Positions 49,909-60,483 are shown, counted from the stretch's first letter. The stretch is DNA of 64,000 nt from Alphaproteobacteria bacterium (GCA_965214705.1 OZ243972.1:1632001-1696000), one strand, 5' to 3'. Numbers and translations are program-made. Notes: generated from the sequence alone by a model not told the origin.

Positions 49909-50057
49909 TCGAGGCCCTGCAGGCTTGGTGGTCGGTCGTCTTGCTGGTGGTTTTTCTGGCCATCATCGGCTGGGTCTTCTGGCCGCGGCACAAGAAGCGG
50001 CTGGAGAATCACGGCACGATCCCGCTGCGCGATGGCGCTCCGCCGGAGGAGCGCTGA
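49905..50057 (+). CDS. ccoQ: cbb3 oxidase subunit CcoQ
   Basis: 50 aa, single TM helix, between ccoO and ccoP. Confidence 0.9.
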   Translation: MIEALQAWWSVVLLVVFLAIIGWVFWPRHKKRLENHGTIPLRDGAPPEER

Positions 50058-50060
50058 GCC

Positions 50061-50930
50061 GTGGCGGACGAGCGCGAGAGGGACGAGGTCACCGGGATCG
50101 AGACCACCGGCCACGAGTGGGACGGGATCAAGGAGCTCAACAACCCGCTGCCCCGCTGGTGGCTCTACATCCTCTACGCGACCATCGTCTTCGCGCTGAT
50201 CTGGTGGGTACTGTTCCCCGCCTGGCCCACGGTCGAGACCTATTCCAAGGGCGTGCTCGGCTGGTCGCGCCACCAGCAGTTCGACGAAGAGGTAGCGACG
50301 GCCCGCGCCCGGCAGGCGACCTACCTCAACCGCATCGCCGAGCTGGAGGTCGGCGAGATCGCAGAGACTCCGGAACTCAGGGCCTTCGCGATGGCGGGCG
50401 GGCGCTCGGCCTTCGCCGTCAACTGCTCGCAGTGCCACGGCAGCGGCGCCGCCGGCGCGCCCGGATACCCCAATCTCAACGACGACGACTGGCTCTGGGG
50501 CGGCGAGCTGGAGGCGATCGAAGAGACCATCCGCTACGGCATCCGCTCGGACCATGACGACGCCCGCTTCAACGACATGCCGGCCTTCCTCGTAGACGAG
50601 TGGCTGAGCGAGGAGCAGATCGACGACGTCGCCGAGTACGTCCTGGCTTACACGGAGCGCTCGGGCGATGCCGAGGCGGCCGCGCGCGGTGCGCTTATCT
50701 TCGAGGAGGAATGCTCCCTCTGCCACGGCGAGGAGGGCGGTGGCGATTACGACATGGGCGGGCCCAGGCTGAACGACCACATCTGGCTCTACGGCGGCGA
50801 GAAGGAGGACATCGTGCGCATGGTCTCGTACTCGCGGGGCGGCGTGATGCCGGCCTGGGAGGGCCGCCTCGATGACACCGTGATCAAGCAGCTCGCCGTC
50901 TTCGTGCATGGCCTCGGCGGCGGGGAGTGA
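50061..50930 (+). CDS. ccoP: cbb3 oxidase subunit III
   Basis: TTGHEWDGI, NPLPRWW, two CxxCH. Confidence 0.97.
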   Translation: MADERERDEVTGIETTGHEWDGIKELNNPLPRWWLYILYATIVFALIWWVLFPAWPTVETYSKGVLGWSRHQQFDEEVATARARQATYLNRIAELEVGEIAETPELRAFAMAGGRSAFAVNCSQCHGSGAAGAPGYPNLNDDDWLWGGELEAIEETIRYGIRSDHDDARFNDMPAFLVDEWLSEEQIDDVAEYVLAYTERSGDAEAAARGALIFEEECSLCHGEEGGGDYDMGGPRLNDHIWLYGGEKEDIVRMVSYSRGGVMPAWEGRLDDTVIKQLAVFVHGLGGGE

Positions 50931-50947
50931 GGCCCGGCGGAGCCGCC

Positions 50948-52426
50948 ATGGCTTCCAGCAACCAGGCGCAGATGAGCGCCGTCCCCGTCGAGGATGTTGC
51001 GGCCGTCAACGCGCGTAAGAACCGTCCGCTCTACAAGAAGAGAGAGCGGATCTATCCGCGCATCCCGCGCGGGCGCTACCGCACCGTGAAGTGGATCGCC
51101 ATGGGGGTCACGCTCGCGATCTACTACCTCCTGCCGTGGGTTCGCTGGGAGCGTAGCGCTGGCGCGCCGGACCAGGCGGTGCTGGTCGATATCCCGGCGC
51201 GGAAGTTCTACTTCTTCGCCATCGAGATATGGCCGCAGGAGATCTACTACTGGGCCGGCCTGCTCATTCTCGCGGCGCTCGGGCTCTTTCTCGTCTCGAG
51301 CCTGCTGGGGCGGGTGTGGTGCGGCTACGCCTGCCCGCAGACCGTGTGGACCGACCTCTTCATCCACGTCGAGCGCTGGATCGAGGGCGACCGCAACGCG
51401 CGCATGCGCCTCGACAAGGCGCCCTGGCGGGCGGCGAAGATCGCCCGCAAGGCGGCGAAGCACCTCGTCTGGATCGCCATCGGCGTCGCGACCGGCGGCG
51501 CCTGGGTCTTCTATTTCGCCGACGCGCCCACGCTCTTCTCGCAGCTTCTCAGCTTCGAGGCGCCGATCTCGGCCTATGCCACCATGGCCTTCCTGACGGC
51601 GACGACCTACCTCTTCGCCGGCCACGCGCGCGAGCAGATCTGTACCTACGTCTGCCCCTACGCCCGCTTCCAGGCGGCCATGTTCGACGAGAACACCATG
51701 ATGGTGAGCTACGACACCGCGCGCGGCGAGCCGCGCGGCAAGCACAAGGCGGGCCAGTCGTGGGAGGGCCGGGGCGACTGCGTCGATTGCAAGCTCTGCA
51801 TCGCCGTCTGCCCGGCCGGCATCGACATCCGCGACGGCCAGCAGATGGAGTGCATCAACTGCGCGCTCTGCATCGATGCGTGCAACGGCGTGATGCCCAG
51901 GGTGGGGCGGCCGCGCGGGCTGATCCGCTACGATACCCTGCGCAACCTGGAGGCGCGGGCCGCAGGCGAGGCCGCGCGGGTGCGCCTCTTCCGGCCGCGC
52001 ACGGTCGTCTACGCGGTTTTGCTGGTCGGTGCCGCGGTGTTGATGATGGGCACGCTCTTCACCCGCGCCGACCTCGACGTGGCGGTGCAGCGCGACCGCA
52101 ATCCGTTGTTCGTGCAGCTCTCGGACGGCAGCATCCGGAACGGCTACACTCTCAAGGTCTCCAACAAGTCGCACGATAGTCGCGTGCTAACGCTCTCGCT
52201 TTCCGGCATCGCGGGCGCCCTCATCGACATGCCGGTCGAAGGCGTGGAGGCCGCGGCCCAGGCGCCTCTGACGGTGGCGCCGGACTCGCTCGGCACTTTC
52301 CGCGTCTTCGTTCGTGCGCCGCGCATGGCGCTGGACGGCAGCTCGACCGACCTGGCGTTTTCGGTGGTAGACGAGGGCTCGAAGGCGGCAGTCTACGACA
52401 CGGTGTTCAGGGGGCCGGAGCCGTGA
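50948..52426 (+). CDS. ccoG: CcoG/FixG Fe-S membrane protein
   Basis: GRVWCGYACPQTVW and two ferredoxin motifs. Confidence 0.95.
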   Translation: MASSNQAQMSAVPVEDVAAVNARKNRPLYKKRERIYPRIPRGRYRTVKWIAMGVTLAIYYLLPWVRWERSAGAPDQAVLVDIPARKFYFFAIEIWPQEIYYWAGLLILAALGLFLVSSLLGRVWCGYACPQTVWTDLFIHVERWIEGDRNARMRLDKAPWRAAKIARKAAKHLVWIAIGVATGGAWVFYFADAPTLFSQLLSFEAPISAYATMAFLTATTYLFAGHAREQICTYVCPYARFQAAMFDENTMMVSYDTARGEPRGKHKAGQSWEGRGDCVDCKLCIAVCPAGIDIRDGQQMECINCALCIDACNGVMPRVGRPRGLIRYDTLRNLEARAAGEAARVRLFRPRTVVYAVLLVGAAVLMMGTLFTRADLDVAVQRDRNPLFVQLSDGSIRNGYTLKVSNKSHDSRVLTLSLSGIAGALIDMPVEGVEAAAQAPLTVAPDSLGTFRVFVRAPRMALDGSSTDLAFSVVDEGSKAAVYDTVFRGPEP

Positions 52427-52917
52427 CTGCACAGGAACGGGCGGAGCCCGCCAAGAATTGGTGGCAGTCGGGACGCTGGATTCCGTGGACCTTCGTCGGC
52501 GGATTCGGCGTGGTCTTCGGCGCCAACGTCGCGCTGATCCTATTCTCGCTGGGCAGCTGGACCGGGCTGGAGACCACGGACGCCTATCGCAAGGGGCTGG
52601 CCTACAACGACGTCCTCGCCGCGGCGGAGGCGCAGGCGGCGCGTGGGTGGTCAGCCCAGATTGTCTACGGTGACGGACGCCTGGAGGTCCGCCTGAGCGA
52701 CGCGGACGGGCGCGGGCTGGAGGGGCTTGCCGTGACGGCAACCTTCGTGCGGCCCACGCATGAGGGCGACGATGTCACAGTTCTGCTGGCGGCCGAGGGC
52801 GCCGGGCGCTACGGCGTCCCGGTCGCACTGCCCAACGCCGGCAACTGGGATGTGAGGCTGAGGGCCGAGGGCATCGGCAAGCCGTGGTTCGCCAGCCAGC
52901 GGATATGGGTCCGCTGA
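52423..52917 (+). CDS. ccoH: CcoH/FixH
   Basis: TM helix then Y.KGLAYN, RPT, G.WD. Confidence 0.9.
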   Translation: MTAQERAEPAKNWWQSGRWIPWTFVGGFGVVFGANVALILFSLGSWTGLETTDAYRKGLAYNDVLAAAEAQAARGWSAQIVYGDGRLEVRLSDADGRGLEGLAVTATFVRPTHEGDDVTVLLAAEGAGRYGVPVALPNAGNWDVRLRAEGIGKPWFASQRIWVR

Positions 52918-55133
52918 TGGCGTTCGCCGAATCCCATGCCGCCGCACCCAGCGCCGCTTCCGACGCCGAGGCGAGCGGCGCTTTCGACCCCTACATCGAG
53001 ACGCGGGACGGCCGCCACACGTTGCGCTTCCTCGTTGACGGCATCCACTGTGGCCAGTGCGTGTGGAAGATCGAACAGGCGCTCACGCGTGAGCCGGGCG
53101 TGACTGCCGCACGGGTCAACCTCTCGACCAGGCGGCTCGCGCTCACCTGGCGGGGCGCGGCGAGCGATGCATCGCGCCTCGTCGATGCGGTGGAGCGGCT
53201 CGGCTATCGCCTCGTCGCCTACGACCCCGCTGCGCTCGACAGCGGCACAAGGCAGGAGGAGCGCGCCCTGCTGCGCGCCGTCGCCGTCGCCGGCTTCGCC
53301 ACGGCCAACGTGATGCTGCTCTCCATCGCGGTCTGGGCCGGGGCGGTTCAGGACATGGGTCCGGCGACGCGGGATCTGATGCACTGGATCGCGGCGCTCA
53401 TCGCGCTGCCGGCAGTGGCTTACGCCGGGCGCCCCTTCTTCCGCGCGGCGCTCGCCGCAATCTCGCACCGGCAGCTCACGATGGAGGTGCCGATCTCGCT
53501 CGCGGTGATCGCGGCAGCCGCCATGAGCCTGTTCGAGACCGCGTCCGGCGGCACGCACGTCTACTTCGATTCCGCCTGCGCGCTGCTCTTCTTCCTGCTC
53601 ATCGGGCGTTATCTCGACCGCCGCGCGGTGGGCCGCGCGCGCTCGGCGGCGGAACAGCTTCTCGGGCTGAGAGCGCACGCCGTCACGGTGATCGACGCCG
53701 ACGGGCACGAGCGCCGGGTTGCGCCGGAGCAGGTCCGCCCCGGTATGCAGGTCCTGGTCGCTGCAGGCGAGCGGATCGGGGTGGACGGCACGGTGGAGGG
53801 CGTAGCCGGCACGGTCGACACCAGCCTCATCACCGGCGAGGCCGGGCCCGCAACACTCGCGCATGGCGCCGCCGCTTACGCCGGCATGATCAATCTCGCC
53901 GGGCCGCTCCGGCTCTCGGTGACGGCGGTGGGCAACGATACGCTGTTGGCGGAGATCGTGCGCCTCACCGAGGCGGCCGAGGCGGAGCGCACCCGCTACC
54001 AGGCCCTCTCCGACCGCCTGGCGAGCCTCTACGCACCCATCGTGCACGGGCTCAGCGTGGCGAGCTTCCTCGGCTGGTATCTGATTGGCGGCGTCGACTG
54101 GCAGGCCGCGCTGCTCATCGCCATCGCCGTGCTCATCGTCACCTGCCCCTGCGCCTTTGGGCTGGCCGTGCCCATGGTGCAGGCCGTGACCAGCGGGCGC
54201 CTGATGCGGCGGGGCGTCATCGTGAAGTCCGGCACCGCGCTGGAGCGGCTGGCCCGCATCGACCAGGTGGTCCTCGACAAGACCGGCACGCTGACCTGCG
54301 GCACGCCGGTGCCCGACTTCGACGGTATCAAGACCGCCGACCTCGAGATCGCGGCATCGCTCGCTGCGGCGAGCCGCCATCCCCTGGCCCAAGCGCTCGC
54401 CCGTGCTCACGGCGCCGCGCGTCCGGCGCAGGACGTGACGGAAACTCCGGGGTTCGGACTAGAGGGCACGGTCGCTGGCACCCGCGCGCGCCTCGGCAGC
54501 CGGGCCTGGTGCGGCGTGGCGGAGGACGACGAGGCCGAGGGGCCCGAGCTCTGGCTCGCGCGCGAGGGCCGCGCGCCGGTGCGTATCCCGTTTTCCGACA
54601 CCCTGCGGCCCGACGCCGCTTCTGTGGTCGAGCGGGTGCAGGCGCTGGGCCTGCCGGTCACGCTTCTCTCCGGCGACCGGCCGGCGACGGTCGAGAGGGT
54701 GGCGGCGACACTCGGTCTCGATCGCTTGCGGGCGTCGTGCAAGCCCGACGACAAGGCGGCGACGCTCGCCCGACTCACGCGCGAGGGCCATCGCCCCCTC
54801 ATGGTCGGCGACGGGATCAACGACGCGCCGGCGCTGGCAACGGCCTTCGTCTCCATGTCGCCGGCGAGCGGCGCGGACGTGAGCCAGGCAGCCGCCGATC
54901 TGGTGTTCCAGGGCGAGAGGCTTGCGCCCGTGGCCGAGACCATCGCGCTTGCCCGGCGCGCGGCGAGGGTGGTGTTTCAGAACTTCGCGCTCGCCTTTTC
55001 CTACAATGTCATCACCATTCCGCTGGCGATGGCGGGGCTGGTGTCGCCGCTGGTCGCGGCGATCGCGATGTCCGCGTCTTCGCTCGCGGTCGTGCTGAAC
55101 GCCTTGCGCCTCGGACGGGAGGGCGCCGCATGA
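52917..55133 (+). CDS. ccoI: CcoI/FixI copper P1B-ATPase
   Basis: HCGQC, TGE, CPC, DKTGT, GDGIND. Confidence 0.95.
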   Translation: MAFAESHAAAPSAASDAEASGAFDPYIETRDGRHTLRFLVDGIHCGQCVWKIEQALTREPGVTAARVNLSTRRLALTWRGAASDASRLVDAVERLGYRLVAYDPAALDSGTRQEERALLRAVAVAGFATANVMLLSIAVWAGAVQDMGPATRDLMHWIAALIALPAVAYAGRPFFRAALAAISHRQLTMEVPISLAVIAAAAMSLFETASGGTHVYFDSACALLFFLLIGRYLDRRAVGRARSAAEQLLGLRAHAVTVIDADGHERRVAPEQVRPGMQVLVAAGERIGVDGTVEGVAGTVDTSLITGEAGPATLAHGAAAYAGMINLAGPLRLSVTAVGNDTLLAEIVRLTEAAEAERTRYQALSDRLASLYAPIVHGLSVASFLGWYLIGGVDWQAALLIAIAVLIVTCPCAFGLAVPMVQAVTSGRLMRRGVIVKSGTALERLARIDQVVLDKTGTLTCGTPVPDFDGIKTADLEIAASLAAASRHPLAQALARAHGAARPAQDVTETPGFGLEGTVAGTRARLGSRAWCGVAEDDEAEGPELWLAREGRAPVRIPFSDTLRPDAASVVERVQALGLPVTLLSGDRPATVERVAATLGLDRLRASCKPDDKAATLARLTREGHRPLMVGDGINDAPALATAFVSMSPASGADVSQAAADLVFQGERLAPVAETIALARRAARVVFQNFALAFSYNVITIPLAMAGLVSPLVAAIAMSASSLAVVLNALRLGREGAA

Positions 55134-55300
55134 GCATGCTCCTCTATCTTATCCCCGCCGCGGTGTTTCTCGGCCTCCTCGGCCTCGGCGCCTTTCTGTG
55201 GTCCGTGCGCTCGGGCCAGTACGACGACCTCGACGGCGCGGCGCACCGCATCCTCTTCGACGACGAGACGCGCGAGGAGCGCGAGGAAGATCAGCCATGA
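55130..55300 (+). CDS. ccoS: CcoS/FixS
   Basis: FLWSVRSGQYDDLDGAAHRIL. Confidence 0.93.
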   Translation: MSMLLYLIPAAVFLGLLGLGAFLWSVRSGQYDDLDGAAHRILFDDETREEREEDQP

Positions 55301-56070
55301 CGACGGATCAGACGGCGACGGGATTCGGGCTCCCGTCCGAGAAGCGGATCGGCTTCGACCATCCGTGGGCCTGGCTCGCGGCCGGCTACCGCGACATGAA
55401 GAAGTCCCCCCACGTGAGCCTCAGCTACGGCGCGCTCTTCGCCGCCATGGGGTGCCTGCTGACCTACGGCCTCTACGAGCTGGACGCGGTCTACGTCGCG
55501 CTGCCGCTGGCGGCGGGCTTCATGCTGATGGGGCCGCTGCTCGCCGTCGGGCTCTACGAGGTGAGCCGCCGCCATGCTGCGGGCGAGAAGGTGACGCTGG
55601 GAGCGGCGTTCGGCGCCTGGCGGCGCGATCCCGGCGGCGTGTTCGCGCTCGGCTTCGTGCTGATGCTGGTGTTCCTGCTCTGGATCCGCATCGCGACGCT
55701 GCTCTTCGCGCTCTTCTACGGTGTCGGCGAGTTCCACGCCGAAGCGTTCGTCTCCGAGACCTTCTTCTCGTTCAAGACAATCTGGTTCCTGATCACGGGC
55801 ATCGGCATCGGCGCCGTGTTCGCGACCATCGTCTTCTCGATGAGCGCGATCGCCTTCCCCATGATCATCGACCGGAAGTCGGGCGCGACGGTGGCCATCC
55901 TCTGCAGCCTGCGCGCGGTCGCCCACAACTGGCGCCCGCTGGTCCTCTGGGCCGGCCTGATCGTCGCCTTCTCGATCGCAGGCCTCGTGGTCGTCTATAT
56001 CGGCCTGATCGTCACCCTGCCGCTGATCGGCCACGCGAGCTATCACGCCTACCGCGACCTGGTCGAGTAG
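55297..56070 (+). CDS. DUF2189-type membrane protein
   Basis: PWAWLAAG.RD, GP..AVGLYEVSR, GHASYHAYR. Confidence 0.85.
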   Translation: MTTDQTATGFGLPSEKRIGFDHPWAWLAAGYRDMKKSPHVSLSYGALFAAMGCLLTYGLYELDAVYVALPLAAGFMLMGPLLAVGLYEVSRRHAAGEKVTLGAAFGAWRRDPGGVFALGFVLMLVFLLWIRIATLLFALFYGVGEFHAEAFVSETFFSFKTIWFLITGIGIGAVFATIVFSMSAIAFPMIIDRKSGATVAILCSLRAVAHNWRPLVLWAGLIVAFSIAGLVVVYIGLIVTLPLIGHASYHAYRDLVE

Positions 56071-56411
56071 CGGCGACAGTCAGACCGGGCACGGACCGGA
56101 CAAGGTTAAGGGTTGGGCAGGCTCTCGAGAGAGAGCCTGCCCAACCCTTTTGAACGAAGCCGCGGGCCACGAGAGGCGAAGTTGAGCTATGTGGAAAGTG
56201 CGCTGATGTCAGCGTCAGGCGGCATCCACCGGCAGCAGAGTTGCGCATAAAATCGACGCTCGCGCCGGTCTTTCGGCAGGCATGCGGGCGCACGCTGCGA
56301 GGACTGAGCGGGGTGTGAGCCGAGGGCTGTCAGCCCGGCTCAAGCGGAGACAGGTTCGGTCGTGCGTCGGCGCTTTGGCGCCGTTGCGCGGGGCCGAAGC
56401 GAGCGGGCGTC

Positions 56412-57653
56412 TCACGGTTTCCCCCTGTGGGTCGGCGGCAGCGCCGGCGGGCCGCGCGTCGAGCGGGGCTCATGGCGGCGGCGGATTTCGCGGACGAGGC
56501 GCATGACGCCGCCGCAGTGGGGGCAGGCCACGGGCGCGGTGCCGATCTCGGGCTCTTCGTCGGGCTCGGCCCGAGCGCCGTCCACGCTTCCCTCGGGGGC
56601 GGCGCAGCCGAGGGCGCCGAGAGCCTGGCGTGCTCTCTCCAGCGTGCTGGCGCGGCAGCCGTTGGCGAGGATGCCGAAGTAGCGAATGCGGTGCATGCCG
56701 TCCGGCAGGACGTGCCTCAGGAAGCGGCGGATGAACTCGTCGGCGCTCACGGTGGCGATGCCGTAGCGCGGCTTTCTCTGCCCCGGCGCCTTGGGCTTTC
56801 GGTGGCGGAAGGAGACCGTCTCGCCGTCGAAGGAGACGATGCGGCTGTCGGAGATGGCGATCCTGTGCGTGTAGTGCGAGAGGTACCGGAAGACCTGCTC
56901 AGGCCCGCGGAAGGGCCGCTTGGCGTAGACCACCCAGTCCCTGGCCCGGGCGGCGGCAAGCGTGGCGTGGAACTCGCCGGGATTGGCGAGGTGGGCGAGG
57001 GTGCCGTGGAACTCCAGGTCCCCCCGGCCGTGGGCGCGGGCGAGCTCCTCGAGGAAGAGGCGGCGGAACAGGCTGCCGAGGACCTTGACGGGGGCGAGGA
57101 AGGTGGTGCTCCCCGTCTTCCACTCGCCACTGTCTACGTCGAAGCCCGCGTTGGGCACGACCACGTGCAGGTGCGGGTGGAAGCGGAGCTTCTGATCCCA
57201 GGTATGGAGGACCGCGGTGCCGCCGATGCGCATGCCGCCGTGGCGGGGATCGGCGGCGATGGTGCGCAGGGTCTCGGCGACGGCCCGGAAGAGGATGTCG
57301 AACACCACCCTGCGGTTGCAGAAGGCAATGGCGGCAACCTCCTTGGGCAGGGTGAAGACCACATGGAAGTAGGGCACCGGCAGGATGTCCCCGGCGCGCT
57401 CCTCGCTCCAGAGGTTGGCGGCGAGACCCTGGCAGGTGGGGCAGTGGCGGTTGCGGCAGGAGTTGAAGAGCGGATGCTCGCGCCCGCAGCCCTCGCAGGC
57501 GTACATGTGGCCGCCGAGCACGGCGGTGCGGCACGCCTCGATGGCGCCCATGACCTTGAGCCGGGCGGCGTCGATGCGCCCTTTGTGGCGCTCACGGAAA
57601 GCGGCGCCGGCGCGGCGGAAGATCTCCGCCACGCCCGCGCGTTCGGCCTCCAC
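56412..57653 (-). CDS. IS91-family Y2 transposase
   Basis: Zn-finger CRNRHCPTC, HUH HPHLH, YLSHY. Confidence 0.93.
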   Translation of the reverse strand: MEAERAGVAEIFRRAGAAFRERHKGRIDAARLKVMGAIEACRTAVLGGHMYACEGCGREHPLFNSCRNRHCPTCQGLAANLWSEERAGDILPVPYFHVVFTLPKEVAAIAFCNRRVVFDILFRAVAETLRTIAADPRHGGMRIGGTAVLHTWDQKLRFHPHLHVVVPNAGFDVDSGEWKTGSTTFLAPVKVLGSLFRRLFLEELARAHGRGDLEFHGTLAHLANPGEFHATLAAARARDWVVYAKRPFRGPEQVFRYLSHYTHRIAISDSRIVSFDGETVSFRHRKPKAPGQRKPRYGIATVSADEFIRRFLRHVLPDGMHRIRYFGILANGCRASTLERARQALGALGCAAPEGSVDGARAEPDEEPEIGTAPVACPHCGGVMRLVREIRRRHEPRSTRGPPALPPTHRGKP

Positions 57654-57659
57654 GCGCCG

Positions 57660-58538
57660 TCAGTTGCGCAACGCTGCGAAGCCTGAGATCGGGTGGTCGA
57701 GGCCCTCGAACATCTTGCCGGTGACGCGGGCGTAGTGACGGGTCGTGTTCGCGCTTCGATGGCCGAGCATGTCCCGGATCACCTCGATATCGCCGCCGCG
57801 CTCGAGGAGATGGGTCGCCGCCGAATGGCGCAGGCAATGGAAGGTGTAGCTGCGGTCGAGCTCGGCAATGTCGCGCGCCCTCCTGAAGGCGGCCTGCAAG
57901 GTCTCCGTTGCGATGGGCCTGTCGAGCGAGACGCCGTAGAAGAGCCAGCTCGTCGGACGCGGCCAGATGTTCCTGTAGTAGACGCGCAAGTAGTGGATGA
58001 CGATGTCCGGCAACGGTGCCATTCTCTCGGTGCCGCCTTTGCCGGAGGGGATGTGCAGCAGCTTCTTCTCCGACAGGATGTCGCCGACCTTGATGGCCAA
58101 GGTCTCGGAGATGCGGAGCCCGCCGCCATAGCCGGTGACAATGGCAGCACGGTGGCGGAGGTCGGGTGTCGCAAGGATGAGGTGCTCGACCTCCTGCTCC
58201 GACATGTAGCGCGGCAGCTTGCCGGGCTTCTTGCGGGAGCGCAGGCCGGCGACATGGTCAGGCCAGCCGAGTGTGTCGATGTAGAGGAAGTTCAGCGCGG
58301 CGAAGGAGACGTTGGTCGTGCCCGGACTGAGCCCCTTGTCGATCCGCCCCAGGTACCACTGGCGCACCTGCTCGGCGTCGAGCTCGTCCGGCGAGGCGTC
58401 GTAGTACCTGGCCAGGTTCTTGATCTCGCAGATGTAGGCCTTGGACGTGCTCGCGGCCAGATTGGCGATGCGGAGCTGCTCCTCCATGCGCTGGCGAAGA
58501 GGGGTGACGGTGTTCGTGTCGCACGCGGTCCCGGTCAT
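57660..58538 (-). CDS. Tyrosine recombinase
   Basis: Same translated sequence as 28270-29148. Confidence 0.93.
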   Translation of the reverse strand: MTGTACDTNTVTPLRQRMEEQLRIANLAASTSKAYICEIKNLARYYDASPDELDAEQVRQWYLGRIDKGLSPGTTNVSFAALNFLYIDTLGWPDHVAGLRSRKKPGKLPRYMSEQEVEHLILATPDLRHRAAIVTGYGGGLRISETLAIKVGDILSEKKLLHIPSGKGGTERMAPLPDIVIHYLRVYYRNIWPRPTSWLFYGVSLDRPIATETLQAAFRRARDIAELDRSYTFHCLRHSAATHLLERGGDIEVIRDMLGHRSANTTRHYARVTGKMFEGLDHPISGFAALRN

Positions 58539-59109
58539 TATCGATCTCCCTGGATCGCGACGGCGCGCCGCCGGACCGATCCGGCGACGGTCCGTCGCAG
58601 GGGTCGATACTAACCACTGGTGATCGGGAGGCTGCTGGGGATCCGCCACCCGACGGGCGGAGCGCCACTGACGCAACCGGGAAGCGAACGCACAGAACAA
58701 ACGGCACCCGCGACGCCTCGGAAATGAATGAACTCTACGCCGCTAACTCCGCGTAGCGGCTTCGTTCAAACACATCTGCAGTTGGGCGCGTCGATCCAGC
58801 CGATGAAGGCGCGCTGGACAGGTTCACCGTTCGTGTCTTGGGAGTCGCTATTGCGCAACCGACAACACCGCACGTCGAAGGCGACCAGATCAGGGACGAA
58901 GGCATGTCCCCCAATCCGTTCGAGATCGACGCCTACCCGCCGTCACAGGTGGCGCGGAACTCCTCACTCGAAACAATCTCATCACCGTGGCCTGGGTGTT
59001 GTTCGGCACGCAGTTAGGGCGCCGATCGGCGTTATAAGGTGTTGATGTGCTTCGATTCAGAGGGGTCAAACGGCGATGCTTAACAACAGATTACCCGCGC
59101 CGAACAACA

Positions 59110-60483
59110 TCAGAGCCGGGCGACGGTCTCGGAGAAGCGGTCCCGCTTGAGCAGCCGGCCGCGGCCGGGCTGACCCAGCACTCGACCGCGGTCCACCACA
59201 ACCTCGCCGCGCGAGAGTGTCAGGCGCGGCCAGCCTTCGACCTCCCAGCCCTCGAAGGGGTCCCAGTCGGCCGCTGAGTGCATGTCTTCCGCGCGGATGG
59301 TCCTTTTGGCCTTGGGGTCGAACGCCACGATGTCCGCATCGGCGCCGATGGAAATGGTACCCTTGCGCGGATAAAGCCCGAAGAGCCGCGCCGGGTTGGT
59401 CGCCGTGACCTCGACCATGCGGTTGAAGCTGAGCCGCCGCCTCAGCACGCCCTGCGAATAGAGCAGCGGGACCATGGTCTCCAGTCCGGCCATGCCGGCA
59501 AGAATCTCGTCAACCTTGTCGAAGGTCTTCTTCTGCTGAAACGACCAGCCGTCATGGTCCGTGGCGACGGTCTGCAGGACCCCGCTCTCCAGCCCCTGCC
59601 ACAGGATATCCATCTGGTCCGCCTCGCGGAGCGGCGGCCAGCCGGCATAGAGAATGCCGTCCTCTTCCTCCATCCGGGCGTGCGAGAAGTGGAGGTAACA
59701 GGGCCGGGTTTCGCCGTAGACGGTGTGGCCCCTGCCGCGCGCAATGGCGAGGCTCTCCAGGCTCTCCTCACAGGAGAGATGGACCAGGTAGGCCGGGACC
59801 TCCGCCACCTGCGCCATGCCGATGCCCCGCATGGCGGCGATGCCTTCCGCAGCGCGCGGCCGCGAATCGGCGAAGTACCGGGCGCCGTATTTCCCGTCCG
59901 CGTTGAAGAGCCGCGCCAGGTACTCGAGGCAGCAGGCGTCCTCGACGTGGAGATTGACCAGCCCGCCGTGGCGGCCGACCTGCGCCATCATCCGCATGAA
60001 GCCGTCGATGTGGTGCTCGAACGTCCCCATCATGAAAATCTTGAAACTGGTGTGGCCGTCGGCGATGACATCCGGGATCTGCTGGATCGCGGCGTCGTCG
60101 GGCTCGAAGACGGCGACATGAAAGCCGTAGTCGATGACGGCCTTGTCGCGGGCCTTGCCGTGCCAGGCCTGGATCGTCTCCTGCGGCGTCTGGCCGGGGC
60201 CAGGCAAGGCATAGTCGATGAGCGTGGTGACGCCGCCGCAGGCCGCCGCGACGGTGCCGCTATGAAAATCCTCGACCGATTGCAGGCCCTGGAACTCCAC
60301 GTCGACGTGGGTGTGCACGTCGACGGCGCCCGGCAGCAGGTAGAGGCCCGAGACGTCGAGTGTCCGCTGCGCCGGGCCGAGGTCGAAACCTAGGCGTGCG
60401 ATCCTGCCGCCCTCGATGCCGATGTCGGCGTCGAAGGTGTCGCCGGCCGTCACCACCCTGCCGCCGCGCAGGATCAGGTCCAT
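59110..60483 (-). CDS. Dihydropyrimidinase/hydantoinase-family amidohydrolase
   Basis: DVHTH, SFKIFM, HVE, VHLS, ATDH, KGTI..GADAD. Confidence 0.88.
   Translation of the reverse strand: MDLILRGGRVVTAGDTFDADIGIEGGRIARLGFDLGPAQRTLDVSGLYLLPGAVDVHTHVDVEFQGLQSVEDFHSGTVAAACGGVTTLIDYALPGPGQTPQETIQAWHGKARDKAVIDYGFHVAVFEPDDAAIQQIPDVIADGHTSFKIFMMGTFEHHIDGFMRMMAQVGRHGGLVNLHVEDACCLEYLARLFNADGKYGARYFADSRPRAAEGIAAMRGIGMAQVAEVPAYLVHLSCEESLESLAIARGRGHTVYGETRPCYLHFSHARMEEEDGILYAGWPPLREADQMDILWQGLESGVLQTVATDHDGWSFQQKKTFDKVDEILAGMAGLETMVPLLYSQGVLRRRLSFNRMVEVTATNPARLFGLYPRKGTISIGADADIVAFDPKAKRTIRAEDMHSAADWDPFEGWEVEGWPRLTLSRGEVVVDRGRVLGQPGRGRLLKRDRFSETVARL

Larger units (their letters stand above)
56102..58769 (-). 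mobile_element. Tyrosine recombinase + IS91-type element, copy 2 (intact, 2668 bp)
   Basis: Inverted copy of 28039-32356 without the IS110; same ends. Confidence 0.93.

Noticed and set aside
28039-58769. Composite transposon of two inverted IS91-type copies carrying nap/cco
   Set aside because: Copy 1 has both halves of one lipoprotein gene on its flanks, so it inserted on its own and no inversion between the copies has occurred.
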